Shown piece by piece: positions 34,335 to 45,016 of a stretch of DNA of 64,000 nt (its first letter is position 1; the number at the start of each line of letters is the position of its first letter). A program made the translations under genes and the position numbers. The notes beneath the pieces are model-generated. The model had not been told where the DNA came from. It saw only the letters and a list, made by a program, of their open reading frames with translations, and did no database searches. This DNA comes from Eukaryota sp. TZLM1-RC (taxonomy: Eukaryota; Protista; Metamonada: BaSk clade): assembly GCA_040285825.1 (NCBI GenBank), contig JAUPSS010000001.1, positions 3,286,001 to 3,350,000 of the forward strand, in the 5' to 3' direction.

Positions 34335-37300
34335 ATTTTTTTCCTTCCTCTAAAACCGTCTAACTTAAATCCTTGCAGACCTTTGGCTCAAAAGTTTAAT
34401 GAGTTACGTGCAAAAGTTCTGTCTCAATTACTGGGATGTAAAATGTTTCAAATTCCAGATCATGCTTACCTTAGTCCACAATATGGTGGTTTAGGGTGGA
34501 CGAAGGCTTCTATTCTTACCTCGTGTGCTTTTGTTGGTGGATGCAGAAATGCAATCTTTGAGTTCTCCGAAAGATTTGCAGATTGGGAAGATTTATTGAT
34601 GACAACGCAAAGTTCCACTGTTTTTGCATTAAATGAAGAAATTTCAAGAATTGATGTAGAAAAATGGGGTCGATGTTTTCCCCAATCATTCAATGGCAAT
34701 ATTCCAGAAAAAAATGTTTTAAATTTGAAGTACACTCTTCGAACATTACAGAAAAGATTGACTGGAATGTATGAAAAAGATCTTTATAATAATATTTGCA
34801 GCTCGGCTGTTTTAAATCAAGATCTTCACTCATTGTTATTGGAAAAGGGTGTTTGTGAAAACAAGGTGTCAGATTCTTCACTTTTTGTAACCATTGTACC
34901 ACGAAGATTTGGATTGTGTGCTACTAATGAAGCATTTGTAACAAAAATGAGATTATATTTGAACATCCCCATTAACCAATTATTATCAAAAGAAAAATGT
35001 ATTTGTTCGAATTCACCTCAACTCACTTTGCGCCATGCTCTAAATTGCTCTAAATTGATAACTTATCGTTCTTCATTACATGATGCTGTTAGAGACACTG
35101 TTTTCAATATGGCACAAACTGCAAGGATATCGTGTATCAAAGAGCCCCTGCTGAAAGAAACACTTTCTCTGAATAATTTTGGTTCTGATGATAGAGGTGA
35201 TGTATACTGTGATTGGATTGATAATTCTGAAGCTATTGTTGACTTTGTCTCATGTAATGTTGCAAACGATACTTTGGTTCACAGAAGAAAACTTAATCCT
35301 GTGGCTGCTCTGGATTTTAAAGCAAAAGAAAAACATAGAAAATATGATAAAGAAATTGAAGATGCAAATATCGATAGAAATACACAGCTGGTTTTTATTG
35401 CTTTTCCATTTTCGATAAATGGAAGATTATCAGTTGAAGCAGAAACTTTTTTGGATGACTTCCAAAAAATGGTGAAAGAAAAAACAATGAAAAGATTTGA
35501 TATTTTTTTATGGCGTTCACGGATTCAATTTGCCATTATTAATAGATTACCGCGGTTTTTCAATCGAATTAGAGAAGCTTTAGCTAGACAGCAAGCAAAT
35601 CAAGATTTTGTAGAGGAAATCTTGGTTTAATGATAGTCGTCCCATTAGTTATGATTTAATTTAATCAAGTGTGCAAATTCAATAAATTAACAAATCCTTG
35701 CAGAACTGTCTTCATTGTTTCTATTCCTTCTTGTTGATGCCTGAATCTGATTCTGATTCCATTGGAGTCAAAAGAAAGAATGATAGAAATCAAGATGCTG
35801 AAGACGTCCTTTCTACCTCTCCTCCTCAACTTCTTCCCTCTTCAATTTTGGACAAAAAATTTCTGATCAAGAAATTTTTGAAAATCATGATGAAAATGAA
35901 GTTTCTTCAAAAACGTAGACACGCTCTCACAGATGCTCAAGGTGCCGACAACAAGAAAATAATGCTCGAACATGTCCCAGTGTTGGAAAAAATGATGTGA
36001 CAATTTCGGAAACAAAATGGAAAAGAAAATTTACTTAGACGATCAGAATCAAAGGAAAAACCATTAAATAATCCTTCCCAAGTTGTTGCAAAACCAGTCA
36101 ACAATCGAGTCAAGCACAAAGTTTGCAACAATTGTGGTCTTTCTTTTAGGAAAAATGCAAAAGAATAAAACGGCTGATCGATGCTTGAACTGCCGAATAG
36201 TGGATAATTACCACTTTCCCATAAAAATACATCAAGAAATTCTTTCGCCAAAATGCAATGAATTTGCTTTCGTTTTTAAAAGAGTTTTGGATCAAATATG
36301 TAAGAAAAAGTATGCTATCAATATTCTTTGGGAATTTTTTGGATCTTTTTGTGCTCCTTTTGAACAATATTTCGTAAATAATTCTGAAGTTTTAACTAAT
36401 ATAGCAGCGAGAAAACAGTCATCTGAGAAATTGAGTGAAATCTTTGAAGACAAATACTTGATAACAAATGGTCTAGGCTTTGTCTGCTTTAAGTACCGGA
36501 GTTAAAGCTTTCAACAATCAAAAAACGATAGATAAACTAAAATAACTTCATCCATTGGAAGACCCAATAATGGATCAAAATTTTCACGCGACTTACTGGG
36601 AAAATTATCCCTTGATGGCATCAGGGCTATTTTTGGTGATAAGAAAGACCACGTGGTAAGATCGCCGGGCTTTTTGGTATTTCTATTGATCACATAAAAG
36701 CTGCAGTTATATCATTGGAGGATTGTCTTGTTCTACTAACCAATTTTTTCAATAGAATATAGACTTGTCAACTTAAGTATCCAGAAGAATTAAGAAGTTC
36801 TCGTTTGACTGCAATTGTCAAGAATTCAAAGATGGATGTTCGTCCTATTGCGGTCTTTGAGAGCATACATAATATTTTGTCTGCTTGTTGCTTAAGTAGG
36901 TTCAACGAAAAAGCAAAAAAAATTATTGCCTTTTCAATATGGAATTAATTCCACTGATGGGGTTCTTCAGCGATATTTGTTACAGATGTATTATTTCGCC
37001 AAAATGAATCCAATGTTTGTATGTCATTGAATTTTAGTAATGTATTCAATTCACCCAGTCGTTGCAGTATTCATGCAGTATTCAACGAAATCCGTCAGGA
37101 CCTCTTTTGTTTTGTTTGGCCATCCATCCTATTTTATTACAAATTCAAGAGATGTTTCCTTCGCTGAAAATTATTGCCTATATGGATGATGTTGTTCTTA
37201 TAGGTGATTTGAATATTGTGAAAAACGCAACTGTATGTTTTAAAGAATTATTAACCAAAATTGGCCTTCGATTTAATTTACTTAATTGTGTTTTGTTTTC

Positions 37301-38880
37301 GAATTCTGCAGTTTCTACAATAGTTGATCGTATTGAAATTCAAGCCAAATTATATTCAATTGATGCTATTCGTCATTTGGGTTCGTTTTTAGGAAATAAT
37401 GATGAAATTACAAAAAATTGTTTGAAAAGTTGAACTCAATTTCTGACAAAATTGACCGAATGTTGAATTTAGATATACAAAAAGACATCAAATTTACCAT
37501 TATAAGACTGTGTTTTAGTTTTAATTTTAATCATATATTTCGATCTACAAATCCTCTTGTCACTAGGCCTTTGGCTCAGAAGTTTAATGAATTACGTGCA
37601 AAAGTTCTGTCACAATTACTGGGATGTAAAATGTTCCAAATTCCAGACCATGCTTACATTAGTCCACATTATGGCGGTTTAGGGTGGACGAAGGCTTCTA
37701 TTCTTACATCGTGTGCTTTTGTTGGTGGATGCAGAAATGCAATCTTTGAGTTTTCCGAAAGATTTGCAGATTGGGAAGATTTATTGATGACAACGCAAAG
37801 TTCCACTGTTTTTGCATTAAATGAAGAAATTTCAAAAATTGATGTAGAAAAATGGGGTCGATGTTTTCCCCATTCATTCAATGGCAATATATCAGAAAGG
37901 AGAATTATTTATTTTTAAAATACACTCTTCGAACATTACAGAAACGATTGACTGAAATGTATGAAAATGATCTTTATAATAATATTTGCAGCTCCGCTTT
38001 TTTTTTAATCAAGATCATCACTCATTGCTGTTGGAAAAAGATGTTTGTGAAAATCAGTCGTCAGATTCTTCACTGTTTATAACCATTGTATCACCAAATT
38101 TTGGATTGTGTGCCACTAATGAAGCATGTGTAACAAAAAATGAGATTATATTTGAATATCCCCATTAATCAATTATTATCAAGAGAAAAATGTATTTGTT
38201 CGAATTCACCTCAACTCACTTTGAGCCATGCTCTGAATTGCTCTAAATTGATAACTTATCGTTCTTCATTACATGATGCTGTTAGAGACACTGTTTTCAA
38301 TATGGCACAAACTGCAAGGATATCGTGTATCAAAGAGCCCCTGCTGAAGGAAACACTTTCTCTGAATAATTTTGGTTCTGATGATAGAGGTGATGTATAC
38401 TGTGATTGGATTGATAATTCTGAAGCTATTGTTGACTTTGTCCCATGTCATGTTGCAAATGATACTTTGGTTCACAGAAGAAAACTTAATCCTGTGGCTG
38501 CTCTGGATTTTAAAGCAAAAGAGAAACATAGAAAATATGATAAAGATATTGAAGAAGCTAATGCTGGTAGAAATACACAACTAGTTTTATTGCTGTGCCA
38601 TTTTCGATAAATGGAAGATTATCAGATGAAGCAGAAACTTTGTTGAATGACTTCCAAAAAATGGTTCAAGAAAAAACAATGAAAAGATTTGATATTTTTT
38701 ATGGTGCTTTCGAATTCAATTTGCCATTATTAATAGATTACCTCGGTTTTTCAATCGAATAAGAGAAGGTTTAGCTAGACAGCAAGCAGATCAAGAATTT
38801 GTAGAGGAAATCTTGGTTCAATGATATTCGTCCCATTTGTTATGAATTAATTTAATTAAGTATGCTTGTTCAATAAATAT
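34335..38880 (+). mobile_element. Near-full-length decayed CRE-like non-LTR element (family A), with its 5' UTR interrupted by a younger copy
   Basis: ATG at 35737 (MPESDSD), N-terminal Cys motifs, RPIAV, GPLLFCL, AYMDD, GGLG, CIC...H..NC, HDAVRD and RGDV...DF endonuclease; many frameshifts. Confidence 0.88.
34380..35691 (+). mobile_element. 5'-truncated CRE-like family A copy with an open thumb/RLE frame
   Basis: Flanked by AAATCCTTGCAGA at 34367-34379 and 35692-35704; ORF 34383..35630 is open. Confidence 0.92.
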
Positions 38881-38881
38881 T

Positions 38882-39033
38882 TTAAATTTCTATTTTCAAA
38901 CTTTGAGACAATCCGTTTCCAACAAGCACGTTACCTTTCTTTATTCAGGCTCATTAATTGCTGCCTAGCTTATAGGCTCGACACTATTCAGACTCTATCT
39001 TCTTATGTTCTTTCGAGCATTCACATCACCTTC
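38882..39033 (+). repeat. Dispersed duplicate of 27160-27311 (upstream region and first codons of the exchanger gene)
   Basis: About 150 bp with only a few substitutions. Confidence 0.9.
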
Positions 39034-39359
39034 CAAAAATACCTCATCAAAGTCTTTCTTCAAAATCCCATTCTGTATTTACCCAACAATAACATCAGTT
39101 TGGCGAGTACCGAAATATGTGACTTCTACAGAGTTGTCTGTCAATGTAAACCACTAAAGAATATCAGTGATGTCATTGCTCTCATTCTTTGTGACTTTAA
39201 AATTGAGTTCGGATTGCAATAAAGGAATATTGATAGAAATATTTTATGACATGACAGAGACAGTAAGATGTTTCTATGTCTGGAAGGTAGAAGAGATGTG
39301 CAGATTCACAAAATGCTCGTAGCAACATCCATTATTCATTCCATCTATTCTCCATTCAA

Positions 39360-41603
39360 ATGACTCACCATCACCATCTTGAGCAATGTACTTGTTCCTG
39401 TAACTTAAGAACACACGGTTCAACAAACCTCCCTCTCGATCAACTGCATCATGCTAATGTTGGGCATGATGTAGATAGAGGTCGAACTTCCTCTCCTCAG
39501 ACGCTTCTTGATATATCTTCTATGACAATCCCCGAATTCACTGACATCTCTCCCACACATGAAGACCGACCCCTTTCTACTCATTCTTACTCCCCTCCGA
39601 TCGATCGTACTGGTTCTCCAACTGCTGGACCCGAACATGCTGTTCTACTGGACCCGTTCGATCGGAAGCTAGGAGTTGAGGCAATCTTCAGTTGTGATTC
39701 ACATACCCTTCTTCTCACTTATTCTGGTGAGGTTTACGGTTGGGGGTGGAATTATGTAAATCAAATAATACATAAACGACTTTTAACAATCAAATCACCA
39801 ATCAAATTACCCATACATGATATCGTCACCATTTCAGCTGGTCACTATCACTCACTTGCTCTCTCTTCTGATGGCAAGTTGTATGGTTGGGGTGAAACTA
39901 TGTTTTACCAAACCAATATGTCAAGTAGCCTGTCACTTCCAATTACCCCAATACACATTCCTTATAATATTAAGGAAGTTTATTGTGGATCTACATGTTC
40001 TTTTGCTTTGACCCAAGAAGGTCAAGTTGTGAAATGGGGAAATGGTAAATCTTTTGAATTAATTAAAGGATTAAGTAATATTGTGTCTCTTTCTTTGTGC
40101 GATGATTCTTTTGTAGCTGTTGATGAAAATGGTGATTTCTTTTTCTTGAATAAGCAAATTAAACACTTACAGATTATCCCCATGCATTTTACTCCCAAAC
40201 AACCGTTCCAGGGTTCATTTTATTTTGATGATAATTGTCTACTTGTTATTGATGTTAATGATGAAGTTTGGCGGTTCAATGTGGATGATGATCCTTTCAA
40301 TAACAAACCCACCAAGGTTGAAGGTTTAAGTAATATTGTTTTTATTAGTGGTTATGATGGTATTTATGCTGCATTAGATAATAATGGTAAAGTTTTTGTT
40401 TGGGGTTTGTTGAGTAGAATCAGTGATTTTTGGGAAGATAGTGACGAACCAAGATGTATTGAAGCTTTCACTAATATAGAAGGTATTTCAGTAGGTCGTA
40501 ACTTCCTTTTTGCCTACAACAAAAACACTGTTTGGGCTTGGGGAAGGAATAATGAAGGTCAATTAGCTACAGGTGATTTGATTGATCGACCACAACCTGT
40601 CAAAGTATTTGGGTCTGAAGTATTTGGGTCTTTTGATCATCCAAAAGAACCTATGGACAGCATGTTTAGTGGTCTTATCAAATTAATTTACTTTGAATAT
40701 TTACAATATTTGAAAAACTTGTTTGGTAACCATCCTTATACAAAAGTCAGATTCTATACCAAAAGTTCAATTAGCAAGAAGGTGGCTAAATTTGCTCAAG
40801 AAGTGATCAATGGTTTAGAATTTATAACAGATCCTCAAGATTTCAATTTAAATGAAAATATTTGTGATTTAAAATTGCGATTATCTACTGATTGCAAAGG
40901 CCTCAGAGTAATTAATACTAGAATTAAAAATCTTGATGTTTACTATGATGAAGTTGATTATGATCAACAATTATTGTCATTTTTCCCTCATGTTGAGGTT
41001 GTTAAGCTTGGTGGAGAGTCAAGAAGTAATAGAAGGTTAAACTTGGCACAATTGTCAAATCTCAAATGTTTGGAGCTTGATTATAATTTCGATATAGAAC
41101 AATTACCCACTTCACTAGTGAAGCTAGTCCTTTCAGATTATGGCATTAAGGTTACTGATTTAAGCTATCTTACATCATTGAAAGAGTTGGTTTTGCAGGT
41201 TGAAGATTTTGCAGAATTCATCATAACAGGCCAAGTAACTCTACCTCAATCTTTAGTTAGATTGGCAGTTTCCTTTGACAAATTTCTCCCTCTAGAAATC
41301 AAATTACCAAACTTGAAGGAATTGATAATTGAAGGTATAGTTTTTACCAATATCACTGAACAAACATGTCCCCAGTTGAACTTTATTCAGTTGATGGGAC
41401 GTAAAGAATTCTTTTTTGAATATCGTCCAACAGATTCTCCCCTATCTCCAGTAGAATTTGTCAACAAAGGTTTAATCAAATCTGTTAAACTAATCAAGAA
41501 TGAATATTTAGTTGAATTATCATGTTTTCCATGGTGGATTCAGTATTCAGCTAATGAGGATTTGGTTAATATTTTCCGCCACTATTTACATTTGACACAT
41601 TAG
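39360..41603 (+). CDS. RCC1-repeat plus LRR protein
   Basis: ISAGHYHSLAL, VWAWGRNNEGQL RCC1 blades; C-terminal LPTSLVKLVL and LPQSLVRL leucine-rich repeats. Confidence 0.85.
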   Translation: MTHHHHLEQCTCSCNLRTHGSTNLPLDQLHHANVGHDVDRGRTSSPQTLLDISSMTIPEFTDISPTHEDRPLSTHSYSPPIDRTGSPTAGPEHAVLLDPFDRKLGVEAIFSCDSHTLLLTYSGEVYGWGWNYVNQIIHKRLLTIKSPIKLPIHDIVTISAGHYHSLALSSDGKLYGWGETMFYQTNMSSSLSLPITPIHIPYNIKEVYCGSTCSFALTQEGQVVKWGNGKSFELIKGLSNIVSLSLCDDSFVAVDENGDFFFLNKQIKHLQIIPMHFTPKQPFQGSFYFDDNCLLVIDVNDEVWRFNVDDDPFNNKPTKVEGLSNIVFISGYDGIYAALDNNGKVFVWGLLSRISDFWEDSDEPRCIEAFTNIEGISVGRNFLFAYNKNTVWAWGRNNEGQLATGDLIDRPQPVKVFGSEVFGSFDHPKEPMDSMFSGLIKLIYFEYLQYLKNLFGNHPYTKVRFYTKSSISKKVAKFAQEVINGLEFITDPQDFNLNENICDLKLRLSTDCKGLRVINTRIKNLDVYYDEVDYDQQLLSFFPHVEVVKLGGESRSNRRLNLAQLSNLKCLELDYNFDIEQLPTSLVKLVLSDYGIKVTDLSYLTSLKELVLQVEDFAEFIITGQVTLPQSLVRLAVSFDKFLPLEIKLPNLKELIIEGIVFTNITEQTCPQLNFIQLMGRKEFFFEYRPTDSPLSPVEFVNKGLIKSVKLIKNEYLVELSCFPWWIQYSANEDLVNIFRHYLHLTH

Positions 41604-42246
41604 ATAAAAACATTGTATTTGATTGTATTTTTTCCAAAATTACCCAAGCTCTTTGCTCTTCTTTGATGGAACCCGCTCCTCCTGAAACCACTCGTCACTG
41701 TCTATTCCCACTATACTGTTGATTCTGATGACTCTGGTGAATTTACCAATTACCCCATGTCTGATGATTCCTAAGAATATGCTTGTTTTGATTCCGTGTA
41801 TGTATCTCACTAGTGAATACCTTAGTTTTGATTATGTAGGTTTAAATAAAATTATCTTTATCCTAACCCGCTTTAAATTCTAAATATCCTAACACATAGT
41901 TAACAGAAATGTTTTTTGGCAACATATGAAGGTTATCTCTTGAATGTCTAGTTTCCAGTTTCAAAATCACTTTATCAAAAACAATTTTCGAGTCTTTGAT
42001 TGTATTGCAGTTGATGAACAAATGTATGTGATTGTAATAAATCCTTCAATTTGATTGAAAAATGATAGACGGCCAAAATGAAACAAATTTCGGCAAACGA
42101 GTAGTTGAATCTACACCTTGTACAAAACACAACAAATACAGTCTTTAGAATTTCAGCTTAGAATTAACAGAACTGTCATTAAAGGCATGATAAACACAGT
42201 CAAATATTGGTGTTTCATTTTCCTATACCCAGCAAATAGGTGCTAA

Positions 42247-42425
42247 ATGTCCATAAATGAAAACGATATAACACAGTTCATCCCTGCTAGCAATGTATCA
42301 ACGAATTTGTTTGGGAGTGCACAAGGCATTCTGACGTTCAATGTCGGCAGCATCGCGAACCAAGTATCAATAAAACATACTCTCCCCATTATACCAGGTT
42401 CGAACAAATTTTTAATTGGGGTAAG
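42247..42425 (+). pseudogene. Orphan Gypsy aspartic protease fragment
   Basis: GSAQGILTFNVGSIANQVSIKHTLPIIPGSNKFLIG aligns to family A GSAEGTLSFRLGSVTQLVHVKHSLAIIPGNNMLLIG. Confidence 0.75.
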
Positions 42426-42559
42426 AGGATTTATTGTCATTATATCAAAACTATCTTCATTTAAATTCAATACAATTAGAAACTTCTTCAACAGACATCA
42501 CAACTAAAATCACATATGCAACATTTTTTTGATAATAGTTAATTAAAGGGAAGATTGTG

Positions 42560-43480
42560 ATGATTTATTCAACTTGCGAAATCAACAAAATAAACTCATA
42601 ACTAATGCAACAAAATTCATTAGACCAAGATTTCCTCTACAAAATCTTGATCTGCTTGCTGTCTAGCTAAACCTTCTCTTATTCGATTGAAAAACCGAGG
42701 TAATCTATTAATAATGGCAAATTGAATTCGAAAGCACCATAAAAAATATCAAATCTTTTCCTTGTTTTTTCATGAACCATTTTTTGGAAGCCATTCAAAA
42801 AAAAGAGTTTTTGCTTCAACTGATGATCTTCCGTTTATCGAAAATGAGAAAACCAAAAAAAACCAGTTGTGTATTTCTATCAGCATTAGCCTCTTTAATA
42901 TCTTTATCATATTTTCTATGTTTCTCTTTTGCTTTAAAATCAAGAGCAGTCACAGGATTAAGTTTTCTTCTGTGAACCAAAGTATCATTTGCAACATTAC
43001 ATGAGACAAAGTCAACAATAGCTTCAAAATTATCAATCCAATCACAGTATACATCACCTCTATCATCAGAACTAAAATTATTCAGAGAAAGTGTTTCCTT
43101 CAGCAGAGGCTCTTTGATACACGATATTCTTGCAGTTTGTCCCATATTGAAAACAGTGTATCTAACAGCATCATGTAATGAAGAACGATAAGTTATCAAT
43201 TTAGAACAATTCAGAGCATGACGCAAAGTGAGTTGAGGTGAATTCGAACAAATACATTTTTCTTTTGATAATAATTGATTAATGGGGATACTCAAATATA
43301 ATCTCATTTTTGTTACAAATGCTGAATTAGTGGCACACAGTCCAAAACTTGGTGTAACAATGGTCACAAACAGTGAAGAATCTGATGACTGGTTTTCACA
43401 AACACCTTTTTCCAATAACAATGAATGGAGATCTTGATTGAAACATCCGAGCTGCAAATATTGTTATAAAGATCATTTTC
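42560..43480 (-). mobile_element. 5'-truncated, frameshifted CRE-like family A copy
   Basis: High identity to the 3' kilobase of the other family A copies. Confidence 0.88.
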
Positions 43481-43543
43481 AAGATCATTTTACTTGAATT
43501 CAAAGGTATGGTCTCTTAATTTTTTTTATTCTTTATAATCTTG

Positions 43544-43987
43544 ATGAACAGTGGAGCTCGAACTAAGAAACCTTTTATTGCGGCTGCAGCAGGAACCACT
43601 AATATTAAGGGTCCTAAGGCCAAGCCTAAGGCACCAAAGGTGGTAAGAACTGAGATATCTGAGACATTGCTTTCTTCATCAAAAGGATTAGAAGCGTTAT
43701 ACCAGTCGTTCAAGAAACTTCCCCTCTCTGGGGAACCACAGGATGCTACAAAAGATCTCATCTCCATCATTCGCACAACTGAAGATTGGTGTCATAAGCT
43801 TATTCCTGAATCTATTGGTGAAGTGGAGCTTTATACGCACAGACTTGGAAAGTTGTACAGTAAGACAACCGTTAAAGGGACACTTTCCTCTCTTATTCAT
43901 GAAGATTCACTATCACATCTACAATCAATTCGGGACAACCAGCAGGATACTCGGCCTTCTTTTGATGATCTGCTGGATTCAAAGTAG
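43544..43987 (+). CDS. TIPIN: Replication fork protection factor TIPIN/Swi3/Csm3
   Basis: LLSSSKGLEAL...DLISII...WCHKLIP matches the Swi3 domain pattern. Confidence 0.7.
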   Translation: MNSGARTKKPFIAAAAGTTNIKGPKAKPKAPKVVRTEISETLLSSSKGLEALYQSFKKLPLSGEPQDATKDLISIIRTTEDWCHKLIPESIGEVELYTHRLGKLYSKTTVKGTLSSLIHEDSLSHLQSIRDNQQDTRPSFDDLLDSK

Positions 43988-44759
43988 AAGATATTCTCCT
44001 CTGTTTCTTTGAAGATTTTTCAGTAAGGAGCTTGCTTTTGAGTCTGTTCATTGTATAACACTATACTATACTGTTGAAGTTCAGTGAGTGGTTGTCGCCA
44101 TGATTTATAATCTTTATATTACAGTAAATAATGCTTTCACTCCAGACAGATTGAATCAATTTCGGGATAGTCACTTTTTTGACCATAATTTTATTATAAA
44201 AATACTAGAGGATACTATTTTAACCAATAAATAAGCGCATTTCACCTAATTTTGTTTAATTTTCAACTTCTTTGATATCTATTATAATCCAATATATATT
44301 CATTGGGAGCTATTAAGAAGTTGATCCAAAAAATGACAAAATCAACAAATTAGATGAAAAGTAGACTATTTCACATTTTGTGTTGATCATGAATCTTGAT
44401 GCAAACACCCCAGAAGATTAAAGAACAGCGAGCAAAAGAATGGTCAAAATGAATCAGATTTATAATGTCAAGATTTGCAAGTCTCACCTATCGTAGTCCA
44501 TCTAACGGAGGTTTAGGTCGGATTGAAGTGTTCTTTGTCACTTCCGTCACTTTTAGTGGACGATACAGTAACACCTTTTACATGTATTTGAATTAAAATT
44601 TACTGACAAACAGTGTTTACTAATAAATAATAAAACACCATGACAATTTACAATATGTCAATCATTGACAAAAAAAATAACATCAAACGGGAATATCATT
44701 TCAGCGAATATCAGTCAAACTTCACATGAACAAATTGAACTTGACACACAAAATTCAAT

Positions 44760-44832
44760 TGCCTGCACTGAGAATCGAACTCAGGACCTTTCGCTTACAA
44801 AACGAATGCTCTACCAACTGAGCCATACAGGC
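44760..44832 (-). tRNA. tRNA-Thr(TGT)
   Basis: GCCTGTA/TGCAGGC acceptor stem, anticodon loop TTTGTAA, GTTCGATTC T-loop. Confidence 0.95.
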
Positions 44833-45016
44833 TTCTACATGATGGATATAAGCCATCAAGTCAAATCTAATTGGCTTTGATGTTGAGAGTGTTGTGATTG
44901 GGAGAAGTGACTTTTATAAGGAAGTTACCTCCAATAATTCAATAATTTTGTTTCTCACTCAACTCTTTTAACATTTTCACAGAAATGCAATCGTGAAAGT
45001 CCAATATTGTCAAAAT

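Noticed and set aside
41770-41893. Possible additional solo LTR resembling the 3' half of LTR B
   Set aside because: It shares AAATTATCTTTATC and ends in AACA, but no 5' boundary or TSD could be defined.
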